From: an uncultured Pseudomonadota bacterium
Lineage (GTDB): Bacteria > Oederibacteriota > Muellerivitia > Muellerivitales > Muellerivitaceae
Length of the DNA stretch: 64,000 nt
Direction: 5' to 3'
Assembly (NCBI GenBank): GCA_963843375.1
Contig: CAWJKT010000014.1
Span: 128,001 to 192,000 of the forward strand
Shown: one piece after another, positions 59,497-64,000 of the stretch
Numbering within the stretch: the first letter of the stretch is position 1
Layout: every line of letters begins with the position of its first letter
Notes under the pieces: generated by a model
The model's input: the letters and a program-made list of their open reading frames with translations, nothing else
Databases searched by the model: none
What the model was told of the DNA's origin: nothing
Translations under genes and position numbers: made by a program

Positions 59497-60540
59497 ATGA
59501 AAAACTTGAAATCGTCCATCCTTTTGCTTTTGGCCGTTGGGTATTTAATGGGGTGTGCCGGCAACCCGCAGGAAAAATATCCCATCAAAATCGGTCTTTC
59601 CATGGATACCCTCCGGGCGGCCCGATGGGCTCATGACCGGGACATTTTCACCCAGAAATGCAACGAGCAGGGTGTAGGGGTCCTGGTGCAATCGGCGGAT
59701 TCCAACGATGCCCTTCAAAATTCCCAGGCGGAAAATCTCCTGACCCAGGGCATCAAGTGCATAGTGGTCATTCCCCATAATGCCAAAAGCTCCGCCACCA
59801 TCGTGGAGTCGGCTCACAAGATGGGCGTGCCCGTTCTTTCCTACGACCGCTTAATCCTCGACAGTGACGTGGACGCCTATGTTTCCTTTGACAACATCAA
59901 AGTGGGCGAACTCCAAGCCTCAACGTTGGTGAAGATGAAACCCGCCGGTAATTACGTGCTCATGGGAGGCGCACCAACGGATTACAACGCCATCCTTTTC
60001 CGCAAAGGCCAGATGAACGTTTTGGATCCCTTGGTAAAAAAAGGCGACATCAAGATCGTCGGCGACCAATGGGCTGACGATTGGCTGGCGGTGAACGCGC
60101 TGAAGAAGATGGAGAATATCCTGACCAAGAACGACAACAAGGTGGACGCGGTAGTGGATTCCTATGACGGGACAGCTGGCGGGGACATCCAGGCTTTGAC
60201 CGAACAGGGACTGGCGGGTAAAGTCCTGGTATCGGGGCAGGACGCGGAACTGGCGGGCTGTCAGCGCATTATCGCGGGTACCCAAACCATGACCGTCTAT
60301 AAACCGGTGAAGTTCCTAGCGGCCAAAGCTGCGGATATCGCGGTGGCGCTGGCCAAGGGCCTGCCGTTGCCCCCTACCGATAAGATGACCAATAATGACA
60401 AGAGGGACGTTCCCAGCTATTTCCTGGACCCCATCCCAGTCACCAAAGACAATTTGGTTAGTACCGTCATCGCAGACGGTTTCCAGAAAATGGAAGAAGT
60501 CTACAAGGGTGTCCCAAAGGACCAATGGCCCCAAAGATGA
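59497..60540 (+). CDS. xylF: D-xylose ABC transporter substrate-binding lipoprotein
   Basis: Lipobox LMGC; RWAHDRDIF, LSYDRLI, SFDNIKVG, SGQDAELAG, QTMTVYKP. Confidence 0.88.
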   Translation: MKNLKSSILLLLAVGYLMGCAGNPQEKYPIKIGLSMDTLRAARWAHDRDIFTQKCNEQGVGVLVQSADSNDALQNSQAENLLTQGIKCIVVIPHNAKSSATIVESAHKMGVPVLSYDRLILDSDVDAYVSFDNIKVGELQASTLVKMKPAGNYVLMGGAPTDYNAILFRKGQMNVLDPLVKKGDIKIVGDQWADDWLAVNALKKMENILTKNDNKVDAVVDSYDGTAGGDIQALTEQGLAGKVLVSGQDAELAGCQRIIAGTQTMTVYKPVKFLAAKAADIAVALAKGLPLPPTDKMTNNDKRDVPSYFLDPIPVTKDNLVSTVIADGFQKMEEVYKGVPKDQWPQR

Positions 60541-60561
60541 AAACTTTATAAAAGGATAATT

Positions 60562-61386
60562 ATGAAACGATCGAAATCCGGCTTTTTTATTTTTCTTTTC
60601 GCAGTCTTTGGTTTTGCGATTTGGTTGTCGGCTCCATTTCTCCTCCGGGCCGAAACCAGCAAATCGACGGCTGATTTTCTCAAGAAATTGAATGGTTATT
60701 ACTATTGTCTTTCACGGGAGGGAGTGAAAAATTATCACTGCGAATTAAGCTGTTCCTTGTCCGGGGACGTGAAAAAAAATCTGCAATCCATGGGGATTTA
60801 CGATGAGAAACTTTGGGAGGCCGTGAAAGGTTTCCGTTTTTCTGTGAATGACACCATTGGTCAACCCATATCGATAGTTGCGGCCCAACCGGCCCCAACA
60901 GGGGATGCGCAGTTGGACGGTCGGGTTGTCAAACTGGATGAAAATATTTTGGAAGTGGTAAAAGCCTTTTCTCAATTTTGGAAGGCGTTTGTGGTGGAAC
61001 CTTTGAACGACCCCTCGGATCTGGAGCAGGGGAACTTGAAATTCCAAAGGTTATCCGACGGGTTTCAGGTCAGTCAAGCGGATCCCTCGGGCGGTAACGT
61101 CGCCGTTACTTTTGATAAAAAAGGGAAAATGCTCCTATTCTCAATGGAAGGGAACGGGCCGAAGACTCTTGTCAAACCGGACTTTGTCTATTCTTCCAGG
61201 GGTTATGTGCTTCAAAGCATGGTTTTTACGGGGTCCGATGCGAGTCAGGAGTGCACGATTCAATATGGTATGGAGAATGGCCTATGGATGCCTAAGAATT
61301 TGACCTTCCAGGTCCAACTGCCGGGAATTCCAGGCACTAACATTGAACTCCTTTTTAATTTTATTAATTATCGAATCAATAATTAA
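60562..61386 (+). CDS. Exported hypothetical protein
   Basis: AAGGA RBS, signal peptide, beta-rich sequence. Confidence 0.7.
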   Translation: MKRSKSGFFIFLFAVFGFAIWLSAPFLLRAETSKSTADFLKKLNGYYYCLSREGVKNYHCELSCSLSGDVKKNLQSMGIYDEKLWEAVKGFRFSVNDTIGQPISIVAAQPAPTGDAQLDGRVVKLDENILEVVKAFSQFWKAFVVEPLNDPSDLEQGNLKFQRLSDGFQVSQADPSGGNVAVTFDKKGKMLLFSMEGNGPKTLVKPDFVYSSRGYVLQSMVFTGSDASQECTIQYGMENGLWMPKNLTFQVQLPGIPGTNIELLFNFINYRINN

Positions 61387-61622
61387 ATCGAATAAATAAA
61401 TTAAACGGGTAAAAAAGGGAAATCTGGATAAATTCGGCCCGTTTATTCGAGAAATAACGTATTTTTGGGCGAAAACAAAACGACAATTCAAGTTTGAATC
61501 GTTATTATGTTCCGAATGATTTTTGGCAAAATTTTGGGTTTTATTGGAACTAATTCAAGAAACTCTCCGTCTAAGGGTTGGGAGTTGTATGTCCCAAAAT
61601 AAAATTTTTTAGGAGTTTTAGA

Positions 61623-61826
61623 ATGAAGAAAGTTATTGCTGCTTTGATGACGATGTTGTTCTTGGGTAACGTCGGTTTGGTGTTGGCTCAGACGCCAGCC
61701 CCGGCCGCCGCCGCTGCCCCGGTCGCCACGCCAATGGCGAAGAAGCACAAAAAGAAGAAGAAAAAGGCCGCCGCTGTAGCCACTCCAGTCGCCGCCGACG
61801 CTTCTACCACGCCAATGGCAAAGTAA
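61623..61826 (+). CDS. Small secreted Ala/Pro/Lys-rich protein (Asr-like composition)
   Basis: AGGAG RBS; signal peptide; KKHKKKKKK tract; own terminator. Confidence 0.8.
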   Translation: MKKVIAALMTMLFLGNVGLVLAQTPAPAAAAAPVATPMAKKHKKKKKKAAAVATPVAADASTTPMAK

Positions 61827-61860
61827 GCTGGGCCTCTCTCCTTCTTGGGGAGAATGATTG

Positions 61861-61892
61861 AAGCCTCCGGATGAAAATCCGGGGGCTTTTTT
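61861..61892 (+). terminator. Intrinsic terminator
   Basis: AAGCCTCCGGAT-GAAA-ATCCGGGGGCTT followed by a T run. Confidence 0.85.
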
Positions 61893-61925
61893 TATGGATG
61901 AACTTCCTTGTGTTAAAATTTCCAA

Positions 61926-62510
61926 ATGTCAAACCACATCCGAACCGCCGTTTTTAATCATGCGCAAATCCAACAGGCGATTCAGGGAATGGCCGGGGAT
62001 ATATCCGCCTGGATCAAGGGAACGCCCGAAAAAGGTTTAAACTTGGTTTCCGTTCTGGAAGGAGCCCGGCCATTCACCCGTGATTTGACGGCTTGTCTCA
62101 ATGAACTAATACCCGAAATTGAAATTTTTATCCATGAAGTCCGGGTGAAAGGTACGGAAGGGACGAATCTTTTGAAACAGCGGCACTGGGTGGGAGGAGG
62201 ACTTGAATCCCGGACCATCGGAAATTATCCAACCCTTCTGGTCGATGACCTCGTGGATTCTGGATTGACGCTCAAAACCTTGAAAGACGAAATTGTGGCC
62301 TTGAGGGTCAAGGAAGTAAAAACCGCGGTTCTTATACGAAAATTCGGCGAAGCCAGTGGCCCGGTGGACTTTTGCGGGTTCGACTTGAACCTGGACCGAG
62401 AAACTTTGTCTCGAAAGGGATTGAAAGATTATTGGCTTTTCGGATATGGAATGGATTTGGATGGCAAACAAAGGGAATTGGATAGCATCGGATGGATGGA
62501 AATAAGTTAA
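61926..62510 (+). CDS. hpt: Hypoxanthine phosphoribosyltransferase-like protein
   Basis: VLEGARPF, LLVDDLVDSGLTL PRPP loop, FGYGMD...RELD. Confidence 0.75.
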   Translation: MSNHIRTAVFNHAQIQQAIQGMAGDISAWIKGTPEKGLNLVSVLEGARPFTRDLTACLNELIPEIEIFIHEVRVKGTEGTNLLKQRHWVGGGLESRTIGNYPTLLVDDLVDSGLTLKTLKDEIVALRVKEVKTAVLIRKFGEASGPVDFCGFDLNLDRETLSRKGLKDYWLFGYGMDLDGKQRELDSIGWMEIS

Positions 62511-62620
62511 GGCGATATCCCCGTGGGTCGGTTCTCTATTGCCAAGCATTATTTTGTATGAATTTGGTCTAAGAAAATTGGCTAAAGGGTTAAAATCTTA
62601 AAATTATTTAGTCGTGGGAT

Positions 62621-63277
62621 ATGTCGGGTCGAACTTATTTAAGGAGATTCACAAATATTATGGACTTTATGAACAATATTTTTTTTACTCAAAAGAGAAA
62701 AAAAGACGCCCGATATTCCAGCGAATACCAAAAATATAAAAAAGCGATTCCGCTCAATTCCCATGATCACGCTTTAAGGTCCCAGTTCGTCAAGTTTTGC
62801 CTAGTGAGCCATTTCGCCCTGGAAGGCGTTCCGAAGGCCCATTTATCGGAAGCCTTGGCCCTCTATAAGGAAATCGCCAAGTCCGATTATTTCGATCCCC
62901 AGGTTTATTATCTGATCGGGCGGTATTATCAGGACAAGGATGACCTCAAGGCCCAAACGGTTTACTTGGCGGGGGTTCGGCATTTCAATCGTTACGTCGA
63001 GAAGAATCCGGGTCTCAAATCAGATTACGTGGAATTGGCTTATGCCCTCGCCCTCAATTTCCTGACCCACCAATACGGCCAAATTCACCCGGATTTGGAA
63101 AAGTTCTTTAAAATTATTCGGAAATCCTATCCCCTGCACAATAAACGGATTGAATTGGAGAACGAACTGAGGAAGACCTCCCCCAACCAGGTCCATATCA
63201 AGCAATTGGCCCAGGAACTTCGGGAGCTCAAAGCCATTGTAGAAAAACCCCGCCAAAAGTCCGATCTGCAAGAGTAG
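62621..63277 (+). CDS. Hypothetical helical/TPR-like protein
   Basis: ORF track; ALALYKE...PQVYYLIGRYY. Confidence 0.6.
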   Translation: MSGRTYLRRFTNIMDFMNNIFFTQKRKKDARYSSEYQKYKKAIPLNSHDHALRSQFVKFCLVSHFALEGVPKAHLSEALALYKEIAKSDYFDPQVYYLIGRYYQDKDDLKAQTVYLAGVRHFNRYVEKNPGLKSDYVELAYALALNFLTHQYGQIHPDLEKFFKIIRKSYPLHNKRIELENELRKTSPNQVHIKQLAQELRELKAIVEKPRQKSDLQE

Positions 63278-63354
63278 AAATCGGACTTCTTGAACCGATT
63301 ATAAAAGATGTCTTTTCAGAGATTGACGGTTTTTCGGTCTCTAATAGACTCGGA

Positions 63355-63807
63355 TTGCATTTTTGGGGTGGAGATCATTTGAATAAAGAAAATTTTAATA
63401 TTGAAAAAGTCCGGGGCAATTCCAAAGCATTCAAAAAACGTCTCGGGAAACGGCTCAAAGAATATACGGAAGCCAAGGGCGGACCTTTTCGACAAAAAGA
63501 AATCGCGTTTGTCGTGACCACGAAAAATGGAAAGTGGGTCGGGGGCTTGTTCGGCTTGACCTATTGGAATGCCTTGTTTATCGACTTGTTATGGGTGGAA
63601 GGGAAATACAGGGGTCGTGGCCTGGGATTGCAATTGATGGATCAAGCGGAGAATGAAGCCCGTCAAAGGGGATGCGCTTTTGCCCATGTTAACAGCCACA
63701 GTCTCCAGGCCCCAGGGTTTTACCGGAAGTTGGGTTATAAAGTTTTTGGAAAACTAACGGGTTTTCCCAAAGGCCAAATGGCTTATTCTTTTTGTAAAAA
63801 ACTTTAA
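63355..63807 (+). CDS. GNAT N-acetyltransferase
   Basis: LWVEGKYRGRGLG, QAPGFYRKLGY. Confidence 0.9.
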   Translation: MHFWGGDHLNKENFNIEKVRGNSKAFKKRLGKRLKEYTEAKGGPFRQKEIAFVVTTKNGKWVGGLFGLTYWNALFIDLLWVEGKYRGRGLGLQLMDQAENEARQRGCAFAHVNSHSLQAPGFYRKLGYKVFGKLTGFPKGQMAYSFCKKL

Positions 63808-63853
63808 TGATCAAGTTGCCGGTTAACGTGGCTAGGACTTTGGATAACGAAAA

Positions 63854-64000
63854 TCAGGAAAGATATTTTTTTACCAGTCGGTTAAGAACCGGGGCAAGTT
63901 CACCCCGGATGCGGGCATTGGCATAGCCTACCCAGTCCAATCCTGTGGTTGTGTCCATCGGCCCATCCAATGGGTGGCCCAAAGCGTCGGTTAAAATGAT
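63854..64000 (-). CDS. 3' end of a gene entering from the right, possibly inositol-monophosphatase-like
   Basis: Manual translation IILTDALGHPLDGPMDTTTGLDWVGYANARIRGELAPVLNRLVKKYLS*. Confidence 0.45.
   Translation of the reverse strand: MILTDALGHPLDGPMDTTTGLDWVGYANARIRGELAPVLNRLVKKYLS

Noticed and set aside
62518..62527. TCCCCGTGGG as the final attR
   Set aside because: Only a 10-bp match, and it would place pilD and hpt inside the island.

Overview
Diderm bacterial chromosome segment. The many Thr/Pro-stalked secreted proteins with FlgD/T9SS-like C-terminal domains suggest an uncultured soil or peat lineage such as FCPU426 (inference, not verified). Left part (1-26 kb): Thr/Pro-stalked exoproteins, two of them in operons with outer-membrane barrels and TPR proteins, a two-component system with 11-bp-period TWTAC boxes, a porin/cupredoxin-like/adenylate cyclase module, an M16 peptidase pair and tRNA-Glu(CTC). 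Main result: the tRNA 3' end recurs downstream at 34.2 kb, 35.5 kb and, degenerate, at 45.7 kb. Each copy is followed 58-60 bp later by the same paired GATCT(A/T) motif. This defines a tandem array of integrase-less cargo cassettes carrying a Gly-rich autotransporter, paralogous RelE-like/RHH toxin-antitoxin-like units, an Rhs relic, a MerR-aquaporin-ArsC operon, an expansin exoprotein and an ArsR-SRPBCC-Tet(L)-like operon. Right part (49-64 kb): HI0933 flavoprotein, prepilin peptidase, a GH31/GH43/GH29/XylF hemicellulose cluster, HPRT and a GNAT. Several genes carry frameshifts in short homopolymers, probably assembly errors. All family calls come from motif recognition by eye, not database searches.
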